From an uncultured Bacteroides sp. (lineage in GTDB: Bacteria > Bacteroidota > Bacteroidia > Bacteroidales > Bacteroidaceae): a DNA stretch of 64,000 nucleotides. The notes below the pieces were generated by a model. That model was not told the DNA's origin, searched no databases, and saw only the letters and a program-made list of their open reading frames with translations. Within the stretch, counting starts at the first letter, position 1, and the number at the start of each line of letters is the position of its first letter. Positions 42,112 through 52,609 of this stretch are shown here, in pieces. A program made the translations under genes and the position numbers. The DNA lies in NCBI GenBank assembly GCA_958453305.1, contig CAUDXH010000003.1, positions 20,637 to 84,636 on the forward strand, read 5' to 3'.

Positions 42112-42158
42112 AAAGAGGCGTATGGTACTTGTTTAAAGTAATCATACGCCTCTTTATT
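42112..42158 (+). terminator. Terminator, probably bidirectional
   Basis: AAAGAGGCGTATGGTACTT..AAGTAATCATACGCCTCTTT. Confidence 0.75.
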
Positions 42159-42368
42159 TTGTGATTTACGGGTAGATAAAGCCGTTCATTCTTCTCAAGA
42201 AGCAAGTCTCTTGACTGAGAAATATAGGAAAGCAGAACTAAGATATCTTAAATGAGAAGGCCATTTGACTTTTATGAGGGAACGTAAACCTGTTCTGAAG
42301 TTATGTTTGGAAGTCTGCTCATTTAGGTTGTTGAAAGTTCGGTTTTTAAATGAATCATACGGAGATGA

Positions 42369-43259
42369 TTATAAAACCAGTCCCAATGTAAGAAGTATGC
42401 CAAAAAGTAAAATGTTGCGTGATGTTTCCCCTAAAATTAAGTTCAGCATTTTCCCTTTGTTTATTTTTGCCATTCTTTGCGTAGTAAGGATATGGGGAAT
42501 CAAGTAAATCTGAGGGAGCAGTGCAGCATATACCTTTCCTATCATGATAAAATAAATGCAACACCAGCAAGCAATCATGCCTAATAGAAAATAAAGAATC
42601 AGTCCAGCCCGGGCTCCTAAACGCACCACGAGCGTCCGCTTCCCGCTTAAGGCATCTTGTTCTCTGTCGCGGAAATTATTTACCATCAGTAACGTATCTA
42701 TAACCAGTCCGCAGGCTATGGAAGCTAAAGTAACAGAGGTATTCCATTCATGTGCCATTACATAAAAAGTACATCCAACTGGAACGATACCGAAAAAGAC
42801 CAGCACCAATGCGTCTCCCCATCCATGATAAGCCAGCGGATAAGGACCGGCAGTATAAAGAAAGGCAAAGAGAATACACGCCAATCCTACGGGAATCATT
42901 TCTACTCCTCCATAGTATAGCAGACTTAATCCTACGGCTCCAGCCGCAAGGGTTGTGAGTATAATTCCAACTTTCATGGCTTTCGTTGTAATCCAGCCTT
43001 GTGCGCAAGCCCGTTCGGGACCTAAGCGGTCTTCTCGGTCGGTTCCTTTAAGGTAATCATAAAGGTCATTGATGAAATTGGCATCTATCTGCATCAGAAA
43101 AGCAAATAGAAAGCAAAGCAGGGCAGGTGTGAACTGGAAATAGCCGTACACATGTGCCAGTGAACATCCTATCATGACAGGGATAGAGGCTGCCGTCAGG
43201 GTCTTGGGACGGATGGCAAGTATCCATGCTTGAAGTGAATTGGTTTCAATCGTATTCAT
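42369..43259 (-). CDS. menA: 1,4-dihydroxy-2-naphthoate octaprenyltransferase
   Basis: AIRPKTL, ANFINDLYD..GTD, YTAGPYPLAYHGWG, VNNFRDREQD..GKRTLVVRLG. Confidence 0.95.
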   Translation of the reverse strand: MNTIETNSLQAWILAIRPKTLTAASIPVMIGCSLAHVYGYFQFTPALLCFLFAFLMQIDANFINDLYDYLKGTDREDRLGPERACAQGWITTKAMKVGIILTTLAAGAVGLSLLYYGGVEMIPVGLACILFAFLYTAGPYPLAYHGWGDALVLVFFGIVPVGCTFYVMAHEWNTSVTLASIACGLVIDTLLMVNNFRDREQDALSGKRTLVVRLGARAGLILYFLLGMIACWCCIYFIMIGKVYAALLPQIYLIPHILTTQRMAKINKGKMLNLILGETSRNILLFGILLTLGLVL

Positions 43260-43358
43260 GTCTTTTTAGTTATTTGGGGCAAAGTTAGTTAAAAAAAGGA
43301 GGATATGGGAGACTTATCCATTCTGATTATCTATCTTTACCTTCTATTTCAATCATGT

Positions 43359-44192
43359 ATGAGCCGATATTTAAATTTAATTTTAGGAGTCATTCTCGTC
43401 ATAATCATTCTTTCTTCATGTGCCACAGCCTCTTTCTCAAAGTACAAAGGAGTAGGGCGCATCAAGCAATATGAGTTGTATAGCGAACAGTTGCCGGAAG
43501 CTTTCGACGGTTTTCGGCTTGCATTTGCTTCCGATTTTCATTATGAAAGCAAGTTCACCTCTAAGCGTCTGGCGGGCATGGTGCGTGCTTTGCAGAGCAT
43601 GGAAGCCGATGTGTTGTTGTTAGGTGGAGATTACAGGGGAAGGAAAGGAGGAAATGTGGACGAGCTGTTTGACGCATTAGCACAGGTTCATACTCCGTAT
43701 GGCACCTATGCCGTGATGGGAAACCATGAACGCGGAGAGGCAGATAGCCTTGTACGTCAAGCCATGAATCATACAGGGGTACATTTGCTGGAGCATCAGA
43801 CGGATACGTTGTGGAAGGGGGATGATTTTATTCAGATTTGTGGCATACGAAATCCTTTCGACTTGGAAAAGAATGGGATTTCTCCCACGTTGCGTTTGAA
43901 GCCGGAGGATTTTGTTATTATGTTGACTCATACACCTGATTATGTTGAGGATGTGGCTATATCGAATACCGATTTAGCTTTAGCCGGACATACCCATGGA
44001 GGACAAGTTAGCTTGTTTAAGCGATGGACTCCTGCTCGTTTCTCGAAATATGGAAACCGCTTCCTTACGGGCATGAAAAAAAACAGTCAGGGTATTCCGG
44101 TTATCATAACCAACGGTTTGGGTACTTCCCGTAAGGATATACGTCTGTTTACTCCCAGTGAGGTGGTATTGATTGAATTACGTCGGAAATGA
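43359..44192 (+). CDS. Metallophosphoesterase (YkuE-like), probable lipoprotein
   Basis: [28 protein letters not shown]; lipobox LSSC. Confidence 0.88.
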   Translation: MSRYLNLILGVILVIIILSSCATASFSKYKGVGRIKQYELYSEQLPEAFDGFRLAFASDFHYESKFTSKRLAGMVRALQSMEADVLLLGGDYRGRKGGNVDELFDALAQVHTPYGTYAVMGNHERGEADSLVRQAMNHTGVHLLEHQTDTLWKGDDFIQICGIRNPFDLEKNGISPTLRLKPEDFVIMLTHTPDYVEDVAISNTDLALAGHTHGGQVSLFKRWTPARFSKYGNRFLTGMKKNSQGIPVIITNGLGTSRKDIRLFTPSEVVLIELRRK

Positions 44193-44783
44193 CGCAGTTA
44201 ATCTGTCCGTCTCTTGAATAAGTAAGCGGAACACCTCCGGATGAAGAAAATACCGTACATCTTTTCCCTGAGCCATACTTTCCCGGATAAACGTAGAACT
44301 GACTTCCAGCAGGGGCGTTTGGATGAGTCGGGCGCTTGGGGGTAAGCTTTTCTCATCTACGTCATAGCCCCGGCGTGGGTAAATCAGCAGATGATATTTC
44401 TCAAGAATAACCTCCGGTGATTTCCATCGGGGAAAGGAGTGCCAGTTATCGGCACCGATAATGAGGTGGAACTCCCGGTCAGGATAACTTTGTGAGAGTT
44501 GCTGAAGCGTATTGACCATATAAGAAGGCCGGGGCATTTTAAACTCAAAATCGGAAGCTACGAAACGGGGATAACCTTTGATGGCAGCTTGTACCAGTTT
44601 CAGGCGGAACTGGTCATCCATCAATTCGTTTTGTTGTTTCAGCGGATTTTGCGGAGAGACCATGAACCACACTTCATCCAGCTCGCTGTATTCACACAGA
44701 AAGTTGGCCAAAGCCAGGTGCCCGATATGAATCGGGTTAAATGACCCTCCGAAAATCCCGGTTTTTATAAGTTTCTTTTTCAC
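44178..44783 (-). CDS. nadD: Nicotinate-nucleotide adenylyltransferase
   Basis: [34 protein letters not shown]; probable GTG start overlapping the upstream TGA. Confidence 0.93.
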   Translation of the reverse strand: MKKKLIKTGIFGGSFNPIHIGHLALANFLCEYSELDEVWFMVSPQNPLKQQNELMDDQFRLKLVQAAIKGYPRFVASDFEFKMPRPSYMVNTLQQLSQSYPDREFHLIIGADNWHSFPRWKSPEVILEKYHLLIYPRRGYDVDEKSLPPSARLIQTPLLEVSSTFIRESMAQGKDVRYFLHPEVFRLLIQETDRLTASFPT

Positions 44784-44947
44784 TTGCGGTAATTTACGAT
44801 TTGCCATGCAGCCACCAGAATCATTGCCGTAGCAATAATGTATTCTTTTTGGGCTACAGCTACGATACCTACAGATAGAGCTGCCAGTCCGATGACGATG
44901 CATAAAACCATCATCAGGCGTATTGTTTTTTGGGGGTCTTTTGCCAT
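44780..44947 (-). CDS. 55-aa two-TM small membrane protein (missed by the ORF track)
   Basis: [55 protein letters not shown]; fills the gmk-nadD gap, GTGA overlap with nadD. Confidence 0.7.
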   Translation of the reverse strand: MAKDPQKTIRLMMVLCIVIGLAALSVGIVAVAQKEYIIATAMILVAAWQIVNYRK

Positions 44948-44956
44948 GTAGAGCGA

Positions 44957-45520
44957 TTATTGGTTAATAAAATGGCTGATCACCTTGAACGCTTCGTTCT
45001 GAGCAGTTTTCAAGTCATCATTTACAATGATAACATCAAATTTATCGGCATATCCCAGTTCAAATTCAGCTTTAGCTATCCGGCTTTCAATCACTTCCGG
45101 TGCATCCGTTCCTCTTCCTTGAAGACGGTTGCGCAGTTCTTCTACTGAAGGAGGCTGGATGAAGACAGACAAAGCCCGTTCTCCATAAAACTTCTTGATG
45201 TTACATCCGCCAACCACATCCACGTCGAATATTACATTCTGTCCTGCAGCAAGCTGTTTTTCCACCTGTTCTTTCAGTGTTCCGTAAAAACGGTCCTGAT
45301 AAACCTCTTCGTATTCCAGAAAGTCATTGTTGGCAATGCGTTGCTTAAATTCTTCCGGAGATAGAAAGAAGTATTCCACACCGTTTTGTTCCGCTCCACG
45401 GGGCGGACGGCTGGTAGCAGAAATTGAAAAGGCCAGATTCAGACCTTTTGTCAGCAGGTAGTTAATGATGGTTGATTTGCCCGATCCTGAGGGTGCTGAA
45501 AATATGATAAGTTTTCCCAT
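44957..45520 (-). CDS. gmk: Guanylate kinase
   Basis: [25 protein letters not shown]. Confidence 0.97.
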   Translation of the reverse strand: MGKLIIFSAPSGSGKSTIINYLLTKGLNLAFSISATSRPPRGAEQNGVEYFFLSPEEFKQRIANNDFLEYEEVYQDRFYGTLKEQVEKQLAAGQNVIFDVDVVGGCNIKKFYGERALSVFIQPPSVEELRNRLQGRGTDAPEVIESRIAKAEFELGYADKFDVIIVNDDLKTAQNEAFKVISHFINQ

Positions 45521-46395
45521 TACATCACGTTTAATACTTGTTCTTTGATTTGTTCCAGTTCGTCTTTCATCTGCACCACGATATTTTGCATTTCAGCATG
45601 GTTTGATTTACTTCCGGTGGTATTGATTTCACGTCCCATTTCCTGAGCAATGAATCCCAGTTTTTTGCCCTGACCCTGTCCGTTTGCCATGGTTTCGCGG
45701 AAATACTTCAAGTGGTTTGCCAACCGCTGTTTTTCTTCATTGATGTCCAGTTTCTCAATGTAGTAAATCAGTTCTTGTTCCAAGCGGTTTTTATCGTAGT
45801 CAATGCTCAGTGTCTTTTCAAGCGCATCGGTGATGCGTTCGCGTACTTTCGCTACCCGTTCCTTTTCATACGGTTCTATGGATTGCAGCAAACGCTCGAT
45901 ATTATTGATTTTTTCTGTAAACTTGCCTTCTAAAGCTTTTCCCTCCTGTTTACGGAAATCCACCAGATGATTCAGTGCCTCCATGATGGTTTGCCGTACA
46001 ATGCTCCATTCTTCCTCCGTGAGTTCTTGTATGTCAACTCGTGTCAGCACATCAGGCATGCGGAGTAAGGTAGCAAACCAGTCTGCAGGAAGAGGAATGT
46101 GGCAGGTTTCAGAAATTGTTTTTATTTGATTATAATAGTTCTCCACTAAAGCAGCATTGATAGGGGTAGCAGTCTCTGTAGCATCTTTTTCAACCCACAA
46201 ACTGAAGTCCACTTTACCGCGCTCTAAGGTTTGCGAGATTAAAGTGCGTATTTCCATTTCCTTTTCACGGTATAGCGGAGCGATACGGGTAGACAAGTCC
46301 ATCGCTTTACTGTTCAGCGACTTGATTTCTACATTAATCTTCTTGTCTCCGAATGTGGCAGTCGCTTTGCCGTATCCGGTCATTGATTGTATCAT
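45520..46395 (-). CDS. yicC: YicC/YloC family endoribonuclease
   Basis: MIQSMTGYGK, IKSLNSK, LERGKVD, GKKLGFIAQEMGREINT; promoter box TACCTTTG at 46429-46422 supports this start. Confidence 0.93.
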   Translation of the reverse strand: MIQSMTGYGKATATFGDKKINVEIKSLNSKAMDLSTRIAPLYREKEMEIRTLISQTLERGKVDFSLWVEKDATETATPINAALVENYYNQIKTISETCHIPLPADWFATLLRMPDVLTRVDIQELTEEEWSIVRQTIMEALNHLVDFRKQEGKALEGKFTEKINNIERLLQSIEPYEKERVAKVRERITDALEKTLSIDYDKNRLEQELIYYIEKLDINEEKQRLANHLKYFRETMANGQGQGKKLGFIAQEMGREINTTGSKSNHAEMQNIVVQMKDELEQIKEQVLNVM

Positions 46396-46802
46396 AGTGT
46401 TTTGGAATTTTAGAATTGGTACAAAGGTAGGAATTTTTTTTAAAACCAACTTTATGAATGCGTGACAAGCATACGAATTTTCTTCGTTAAACTGTATCTG
46501 AAAGCAGGGAAGAGATAAACGATAGGAGCATTTGAAACGTGGAGGTATCAGCAACAAAACGGTTCGGCGTATGCATTCAAATGTCAAGGTATATCCCATG
46601 AAACGCTTCGGCGTTTTTTAGGGTGTTTGAAGTATCTGATGAGGCTGGAGGAAAGGTTGTATATGCAGAAAAAAAAGATGAAAAAAGCCGGTTTAGAAGA
46701 GTTCATTTTAAAGCCGGAAAGATAAAAAACGGAGAAATAAGAGAGAAGGAGTACAAATAAATAGCTATATTTGCACATTAATAAATTAGATGCGGAAAAA
46801 TT

Positions 46803-47492
46803 ATGTCATGTATTTTACATATTGAAACTTCAACAGAGGTATGCTCGGTAGCATTGAGCCAAGATTCCTCTTGTATATTTACTCAGGAGAGTGAGGGACG
46901 TTATGAGCATGGCGAGTGTCTTGGCACATATGTTGACCAGGCATTGAGTTATGCCGACAGCCATGCCATTCCTTTGGATGCCGTGGCAGTGAGCTGCGGT
47001 CCGGGTTCGTACACGGGCTTGCGCATCGGTGTTTCCATGGCGAAGGGGCTCTGCTATGGATTGGGTGTTCCGCTGATAGCTATCCCTACGCTTAAACTGA
47101 TGGGGGTTCCGCTGCTGCTGGGCGATGACTTGCCTGAGGGAGCGTTGCTCTGTCCCATGATTGATGCGCGCAGAATGGAGGTCTACTCGGCGGTGTATGA
47201 CCGGGCGCTGAAGGAAGTCTGTTCACCGGCTGCCGTGGTGGTGGACAGTGATTCGTTTGCCCGTGAGCTGGAGCAGGGCGAGGTGTGGTTTTTCGGTAAC
47301 GGTGCATCGAAGTGCCGTGAGGTGATTACCCATCGCAATGCGCATTTCGTTGACGGGGTGCGTCCGCTGGCGCAGTGGATGTTTCCGCTGGCTGAGATGG
47401 CTTTTGCCCGGCAGGAGTTTGCCGATGTGGCTTACTTTGAGCCTTATTATCTGAAGGAGTTCGTGGCTTCGGTGCCGCGCCGCCTGCTCTGA
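46803..47492 (+). CDS. tsaB: tRNA t6A biosynthesis protein TsaB
   Basis: ILHIETSTEVCSVAL, GPGSYTGLRIG, MIDARRMEVY, EPYYLKEF; -7 box TATATTTG at 46766. Confidence 0.95.
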   Translation: MSCILHIETSTEVCSVALSQDSSCIFTQESEGRYEHGECLGTYVDQALSYADSHAIPLDAVAVSCGPGSYTGLRIGVSMAKGLCYGLGVPLIAIPTLKLMGVPLLLGDDLPEGALLCPMIDARRMEVYSAVYDRALKEVCSPAAVVVDSDSFARELEQGEVWFFGNGASKCREVITHRNAHFVDGVRPLAQWMFPLAEMAFARQEFADVAYFEPYYLKEFVASVPRRLL

Positions 47493-47748
47493 TTCCGGAG
47501 AATACAGACTGCCGGATATCTGCAGCCCCAAAATTATGTGGATTCCGTAGTAGGTCGGGTTCCGGCTGCCCGGCAGGGAGGTTGCCGGAACCGGGATACC
47601 TGTAGGTTCAGTACCGTAAAATACAGCCGAGGGGAGTGGAGGCTGTAATGGCGAAAGTGCAAGCCGTAGAAGTACGGTTATAACGGACGCTCTGAGGGGC
47701 AGGAAGCGAAGGACGCACCGGCTCAAAGGCTCAAGGGCTGAATCACTG

Positions 47749-47807
47749 AAACTCATAAACGTATAAACTCATAAACGTATAAACTCATAAACGTATAAAC
47801 TCATAAA
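47749..47807 (+). repeat. Tandem 16-mer AAACTCATAAACGTAT x3 plus an 11-nt partial copy
   Basis: Perfect copies at 47749, 47765 and 47781, partial at 47797. Confidence 0.95.
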
Positions 47808-47825
47808 TTCAAAAATTCAAATCCT

Positions 47826-48461
47826 ATGGAATATAATACCCGACAACGCAGACTCCCGCTTCCTGAATACGGACGGAGTGTACAGCAGATGGTAGACCAT
47901 GCGCTTACGCTTACTTCGCGCGAGGAACGGCAGCGCTGTGCCGAAACCATCGTGTCAATCATGGGGAGTATGTTTCCTCATCTGCGTGATGCCGGTGATT
48001 CCGACAGCCGTCTGTGGGATCACCTGGCTATTATGGCCGATTTCCGTCTTGACATTGACTATCCGGTAGAGGTGGTGCGGAAGGAAGATTTCCGGGTGCG
48101 TCCGGAGCCTATCCGCCGTGAGGGCGCGCATATCCGCTACCGTCATTACGGACGGCTTATTGAAGATGCCATTGAGGCTGCGTGTGCGCTTGCCGAGGGT
48201 CCCGACCGTCGCAGACTGGTGAACCTCATTGTGAATCATATGAAGAAGGACTATCTGAACTGGAACAAAGACGGTGTGGAGAACCGGAAGATTCTGGACG
48301 ATTTGTGTGAACTCTCAGGCGGACGCCTGCGGGTGACGCCCGATGAGGTACGTCTGGGTGAGCCCCGTCTGTTTTTTCCGCGCAAGCGGGCTGCGGGTGC
48401 CGACGGGCGCCGCCGTAAGTTCCAGTCGCCGGGTGAGGGTACCCGTAACGAGAACCGCTGA
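47826..48461 (+). CDS. DUF4290-family protein
   Basis: MEYNT..LPEYGR, LWDHLAIM, YRHYG, MKKDYLNWNKD; usual Bacteroidetes neighbour of murA. Confidence 0.85.
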   Translation: MEYNTRQRRLPLPEYGRSVQQMVDHALTLTSREERQRCAETIVSIMGSMFPHLRDAGDSDSRLWDHLAIMADFRLDIDYPVEVVRKEDFRVRPEPIRREGAHIRYRHYGRLIEDAIEAACALAEGPDRRRLVNLIVNHMKKDYLNWNKDGVENRKILDDLCELSGGRLRVTPDEVRLGEPRLFFPRKRAAGADGRRRKFQSPGEGTRNENR

Positions 48462-48472
48462 CCGGGAGGAGG

Positions 48473-49789
48473 ATGGGTATGGCTTCGTTCAGAATAGAAG
48501 GAGGGCACCGGCTGGAGGGAACGATTGTTCCACAGGGTGCCAAAAATGAGGTGTTGCAGGTGGTGTGTGCCACGCTGCTTACGGCTGCCGAAGTGGTGGT
48601 GGAGAATGTACCCGATATTGTGGATGTGAATCAGCTGATTGCGCTGCTCCGCGATATGGGGGTGAGGGTGGAACGCCGTTCGGAGGGGGTATATGCCTTC
48701 TGTGCCGAACAGGTGGATATGGATTTCCTGCGCAGTGAGGATTTCATGCTGCGATGCTCGCGGCTCCGCGGCTCGGTGATGCTGGTGGGTCCGCTGCTGG
48801 CGCGCTTCGGCTGGGCGCTGATTTCGCGTCCGGGGGGCGACAAAATCGGCCGCCGGAGGCTGGATACGCACTTCCGGGGACTGGAGATGCTGGGGGCTTC
48901 GTTTGCATATGATGCCTGCAAGGGAGTGTATGAGGTACGGACCGACCAGGGGCTGAAAGGAACGTATATGTTGCTTGATGAGGCTTCAGTGACGGGCACG
49001 GCGAACATTGTCATGGCGGCAGTGCTGGCCAAGGGGCGCACGGTGATTTATAATGCAGCGTGTGAACCGTATGTGCAGCAGCTGTGCCGTATGCTGAACC
49101 GCATGGGCGCGCGTATTTCAGGTATCGCCTCAAACCTGCTGACCATCGACGGGGTGGATGTGCTGGGTGGATGTTCTCACCGGGTGTTGCCCGACATGAT
49201 TGAAGTGGGAAGTTTCATCGGCATGGCTGCCATGACGGCGGGCGAGGTGACCATCCGTGGGGCGGGCTGTGACTCGCTGGGTATCATTCCTGAGAGTTTC
49301 CGCCGGCTGGGCATTGCTCTGGAGCGTAGGGGGGATGATATTTTTGTGCCGAGGCAGGAGCATTACCGCATCGAGTCGTTTATTGACGGGTCAATCATGA
49401 CCATTGCCGATGCACCGTGGCCCGGACTGACGCCGGATTTGCTGAGTGTGATGCTGGTGGTGGCTACGCAGGCCAAGGGCAGTGTGCTGATCCATCAGAA
49501 GATGTTTGAGAGCCGTCTGTTTTTCGTGGATAAGTTGATTGACATGGGGGCTCAGATTATTTTATGTGACCCGCATCGGGCAGTGGTCATCGGCCACGAC
49601 CGGGCATTCAGTTTGAGGGGCGGCAATATGACTTCGCCCGACATCCGTGCAGGAATTGCGCTGCTCATCGCTGCGCTGAGTGCCGAAGGAGTGAGTCATA
49701 TCCATAATATTGAGCAGATTGACCGGGGGTATCAGCATATCGAACAGCGGCTTAGAGCGCTGGGTGCGCATATCGAACGGGTGGAGTAA
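48473..49789 (+). CDS. murA: UDP-N-acetylglucosamine 1-carboxyvinyltransferase
   Basis: GAKNE, LRGSVM, PGGDKIGRR, SVTGTAN, AACEP, PDIRAG, IDRGY. Confidence 0.97.
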   Translation: MGMASFRIEGGHRLEGTIVPQGAKNEVLQVVCATLLTAAEVVVENVPDIVDVNQLIALLRDMGVRVERRSEGVYAFCAEQVDMDFLRSEDFMLRCSRLRGSVMLVGPLLARFGWALISRPGGDKIGRRRLDTHFRGLEMLGASFAYDACKGVYEVRTDQGLKGTYMLLDEASVTGTANIVMAAVLAKGRTVIYNAACEPYVQQLCRMLNRMGARISGIASNLLTIDGVDVLGGCSHRVLPDMIEVGSFIGMAAMTAGEVTIRGAGCDSLGIIPESFRRLGIALERRGDDIFVPRQEHYRIESFIDGSIMTIADAPWPGLTPDLLSVMLVVATQAKGSVLIHQKMFESRLFFVDKLIDMGAQIILCDPHRAVVIGHDRAFSLRGGNMTSPDIRAGIALLIAALSAEGVSHIHNIEQIDRGYQHIEQRLRALGAHIERVE

Positions 49790-49800
49790 GGGGGGATCGA

Positions 49801-49860
49801 CTTAAAAACCCGTAAACTTAAAAACTAAAAACTTAAAAACTAAAAACTCATCAACTCAAA
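49801..49860 (+). repeat. (AAAAACT[T]) 7-8-mer tandem tract
   Basis: CTTAAAAAC..AAACTTAAAAACTAAAAACTTAAAAACTAAAAACTCA just upstream of rimM. Confidence 0.85.
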
Positions 49861-49863
49861 CCG

Positions 49864-50385
49864 ATGATAAAGATTGAAGATGTATATAAAATAGGGACGC
49901 TCGCCAAGCCCCACGGGGTGAAGGGCGAGGTGGTCTTGCAGTGTATGCCAAGCGGACCTTCGCATGTGCCGGAATCAGATTTTATCTTTTTGATGCTCGA
50001 CGGCATCCTGGTTCCGTTTTTCGTGGAGGAGTTTCGCCTCCGGGGAGACGGCACGGCTCTGCTGAAGCTGGAGGGGATGGATGTTCCTGAGAAGGTGCGC
50101 CGTTATACGGGGGTGGAAGTGTATGCCGACCGTTCGGCTTCGTGTGCCCATGAAGGGGAACCGCTCTCGTGGCAGTGGTTCGTGGGCTTCGAAGTGTATG
50201 ACGTGGAGCAGGGTTTCCTCGGCTCTATTGAACGTGTGGATGACGCTACGGCAAACGTGCTCTTTGTTGTTTCGGATGAGGAGGGAGACGAATTGCTGAT
50301 TCCTGCCTGTGAGGAGTTTATCGTGGGAATTGACCGCAAGGAGCGTATCTTAGATATGGAACTTCCTGAGGGACTGCTGGAATAG
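49864..50385 (+). CDS. rimM: Ribosome maturation factor RimM
   Basis: IG..AKPHGVKGEV, DGILVPFFVEE, ELLIPA, LPEGLL. Confidence 0.92.
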   Translation: MIKIEDVYKIGTLAKPHGVKGEVVLQCMPSGPSHVPESDFIFLMLDGILVPFFVEEFRLRGDGTALLKLEGMDVPEKVRRYTGVEVYADRSASCAHEGEPLSWQWFVGFEVYDVEQGFLGSIERVDDATANVLFVVSDEEGDELLIPACEEFIVGIDRKERILDMELPEGLLE

Positions 50386-50404
50386 GCTCTGTTGTTCGGT
50401 TGAT

Positions 50405-50483
50405 AAGGTCTTGAAATGCTCAGGTATCTGAAATCTCGTCACCTTGCCAGCTTAAAACTAAAAACTTAAAAAAACGCAAACCT
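50405..50483 (+). repeat. Dispersed intergenic element, copy 1
   Basis: AAGGTCTTGAAATGCTCAGGTATCTGAAATCTCGTCACC plus AAAAACT tract. Confidence 0.75.
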
Positions 50484-51350
50484 ATGAGAAAGAAGATTCG
50501 CCGGCGTGCATTCTGGCATAATATCAAGTTTAAGTACCGCCTGACCATTGTCAACGAGAATACGTTGGAAGAGGTAGCGGGACTGCATGTGTCGAAGCTT
50601 AACGGGCTGTCGGTGCTGTTGTTTGCCTGTACGGTGATTTTCCTGACGGCTGCAGCCATCATTGCGTTTACGCCGTTGCGCAACTATCTGCCGGGGTATA
50701 TGAACAGTGATGTACGCCGGCAGATTGTGGTGAATGCGCTCAAGGCGGATTCGCTGCAGCAGGCACTCGACCGCCAGAACCGGTATATGATGACGGTGCG
50801 TGATATTCTGAGTGGAAGGGTGAAGACAGATACGGTGGCTTCGCTGGATTCGCTGACGGATGCACGGGCGGAGCAGCTGATGGAGCGTTCGCGGGAGGAA
50901 GAAGAATTCCGCCGGCGTTATGAGGAAGAGGAACGTTATAATCTGACGGCTGTAACGGGAACCCACGATGCAGCAGGACTGGTGCTTTTCCGTCCGTTGA
51001 GGGCGGCGGTATCTGCTCCGTTTAATCCGGATGATAAACATTATGGGGTAGATTTGGCAGCTGGTCCGCGTGAAGGGGTCATGGCTGCGCTTGATGGTAC
51101 GGTTGTATTGGCAGCATATATTGCCGGCGAAGGTCAGGTGGTGATGATTCAGCATGCACAGAATTTTTTGACGGTGTACCGGCATTGCGGTTCACTGATG
51201 TGTGCATCGGGCGACCGGGTGAAGGGCGGCGATGTGATTGCTCTTACGCAAGACAGTAAGAATGCGGATAGTGAAGATCATCCGTTTCTTCACTTTGAAC
51301 TGTGGCATAAAGGGGTGCCGGTGAATCCGGCTAAATATGTGGTGTTTTAG
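50484..51350 (+). CDS. M23 family peptidoglycan peptidase
   Basis: N-terminal TM; HYGVD, YRH, LHFELW, PVNP. Confidence 0.9.
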   Translation: MRKKIRRRAFWHNIKFKYRLTIVNENTLEEVAGLHVSKLNGLSVLLFACTVIFLTAAAIIAFTPLRNYLPGYMNSDVRRQIVVNALKADSLQQALDRQNRYMMTVRDILSGRVKTDTVASLDSLTDARAEQLMERSREEEEFRRRYEEEERYNLTAVTGTHDAAGLVLFRPLRAAVSAPFNPDDKHYGVDLAAGPREGVMAALDGTVVLAAYIAGEGQVVMIQHAQNFLTVYRHCGSLMCASGDRVKGGDVIALTQDSKNADSEDHPFLHFELWHKGVPVNPAKYVVF

Positions 51351-51447
51351 GCTCTGAAATGCCAAGACATCTGAAGCCTGGTCAACTCGTCACTTCGTTA
51401 CCTAGTTGCCTGAAAAAACTGAAAAAACTAAAAACTCAAACCATATT
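51351..51447 (+). repeat. Dispersed intergenic element, copy 2
   Basis: GCTCTGAAATGCCAAGACATCTGAAG..CAACTCGTCAC plus AAAAAACT tract. Confidence 0.7.
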
Positions 51448-52608
51448 ATGAAGAAACAGATAGCAATATTGGGGTCTACGGGTTCCATCGGAACACAGGC
51501 CTTGCAGGTCATAGCCGAGCATCCCGATTTATATGAGGTGTATGCGCTCACGGCGAATAACCGGGCTGAGCTGCTGGCTGAACAGGCACGTAAATTCTTG
51601 CCTGAAGCGGTAGTGATAGCGAATACTGACAAGTATCAGTGGCTGAAGGAGGCTTTGGCCGATGTGCCGGTAAAGGTGTATGCCGGTGAGGATGCATTGG
51701 CTCAGATTGTAGAATCGGGTCCCATTGACACGGTGCTTACAGCGATGGTGGGTTATGCGGGGCTCCGTCCTACCATGAATGCCATCCGTGCCGGAAAGAC
51801 CATTGCCCTCGCCAACAAGGAAACGCTGGTGGTGGCTGGTGAATTGGTTACGGAACTGGCTACAAGGTATCGTACCCCTATTTTGCCGGTCGATTCGGAA
51901 CATTCTGCCATCTTCCAGTGCCTGGAGCCGGGCAATGAACTGAGCCGGGTGATTCTTACGGCTTCGGGCGGTCCGTTCCGTTCGTTCAGTGCCGAACAGC
52001 TGGCGCATGTCACGCGTGAACAGGCGCTGAAGCATCCCAACTGGTCGATGGGAGCGAAAATAACGATCGATTCGGCTTCGATGATGAACAAAGGCTTCGA
52101 GGTGATGGAGGCTAAATGGCTCTTTGGAGTTTCTCCTGAACAAATAGAGGTAGTTGTGCATCCGCAGTCGGTTATCCACTCGATGGTGGAGTTTACCGAC
52201 GGGGCTGTGAAGGCGCAGCTTGGAGTACCCGATATGCGCCTGCCCATCCAGTATGCTTTCTCTTATCCGCAACGGGTTCCGCTTTCGGGCGAACGGCTCG
52301 ATTTTGCGAAGTGGAATATGCTTACGTTTGAAAAGCCGGATACGGAGCGGTTCCGCAATCTGGCTCTGGCATACGAGGCTTTGCATCAGGGGGGAAACCT
52401 GCCTTGCATTGTCAATGCGGCGAACGAGGTGGTGGTAGCGGCTTTCCTGAACGACCGGATTTCTTTTTTGGGCATGAGTGATGTCATTGAGAAGACCATG
52501 TCGGTAGTTCCCTTTATAAAGTCTCCTTCGTATGAGGATTACGTGGCGACAGATGCCGAGGCGCGCCGCATTGCTGCCGAACTGGTGATTAACGGGAAAA
52601 CAAGGTAA
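51448..52608 (+). CDS. dxr: 1-deoxy-D-xylulose-5-phosphate reductoisomerase
   Basis: ILGSTGSIG, LANKE, PVDSEHSA, TASGGPF, HPNWSMGAKITIDSA. Confidence 0.97.
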   Translation: MKKQIAILGSTGSIGTQALQVIAEHPDLYEVYALTANNRAELLAEQARKFLPEAVVIANTDKYQWLKEALADVPVKVYAGEDALAQIVESGPIDTVLTAMVGYAGLRPTMNAIRAGKTIALANKETLVVAGELVTELATRYRTPILPVDSEHSAIFQCLEPGNELSRVILTASGGPFRSFSAEQLAHVTREQALKHPNWSMGAKITIDSASMMNKGFEVMEAKWLFGVSPEQIEVVVHPQSVIHSMVEFTDGAVKAQLGVPDMRLPIQYAFSYPQRVPLSGERLDFAKWNMLTFEKPDTERFRNLALAYEALHQGGNLPCIVNAANEVVVAAFLNDRISFLGMSDVIEKTMSVVPFIKSPSYEDYVATDAEARRIAAELVINGKTR

Positions 52609-52609
52609 C

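Noticed and set aside
44784..44903. N-terminal extension of NadD in the ORF track
   Set aside because: Overlaps the small TM ORF in another frame; homology begins at KTGIFGG.
46396..46599. N-terminal extension of YicC (similar extensions for dxr 51406 and the phosphoesterase 43305)
   Set aside because: For YicC a TAnnTTTG promoter box lies inside the extension; in each case the conserved or lipoprotein N-terminus begins downstream.
47223..47756. 177-aa minus-strand ORF across the tsaB spacer
   Set aside because: Starts inside the tandem repeat, is antisense to tsaB, and has no protein-like motifs.
47749..47807. Possible CRISPR array
   Set aside because: 16-bp units are contiguous with no spacers, and there are no cas genes.
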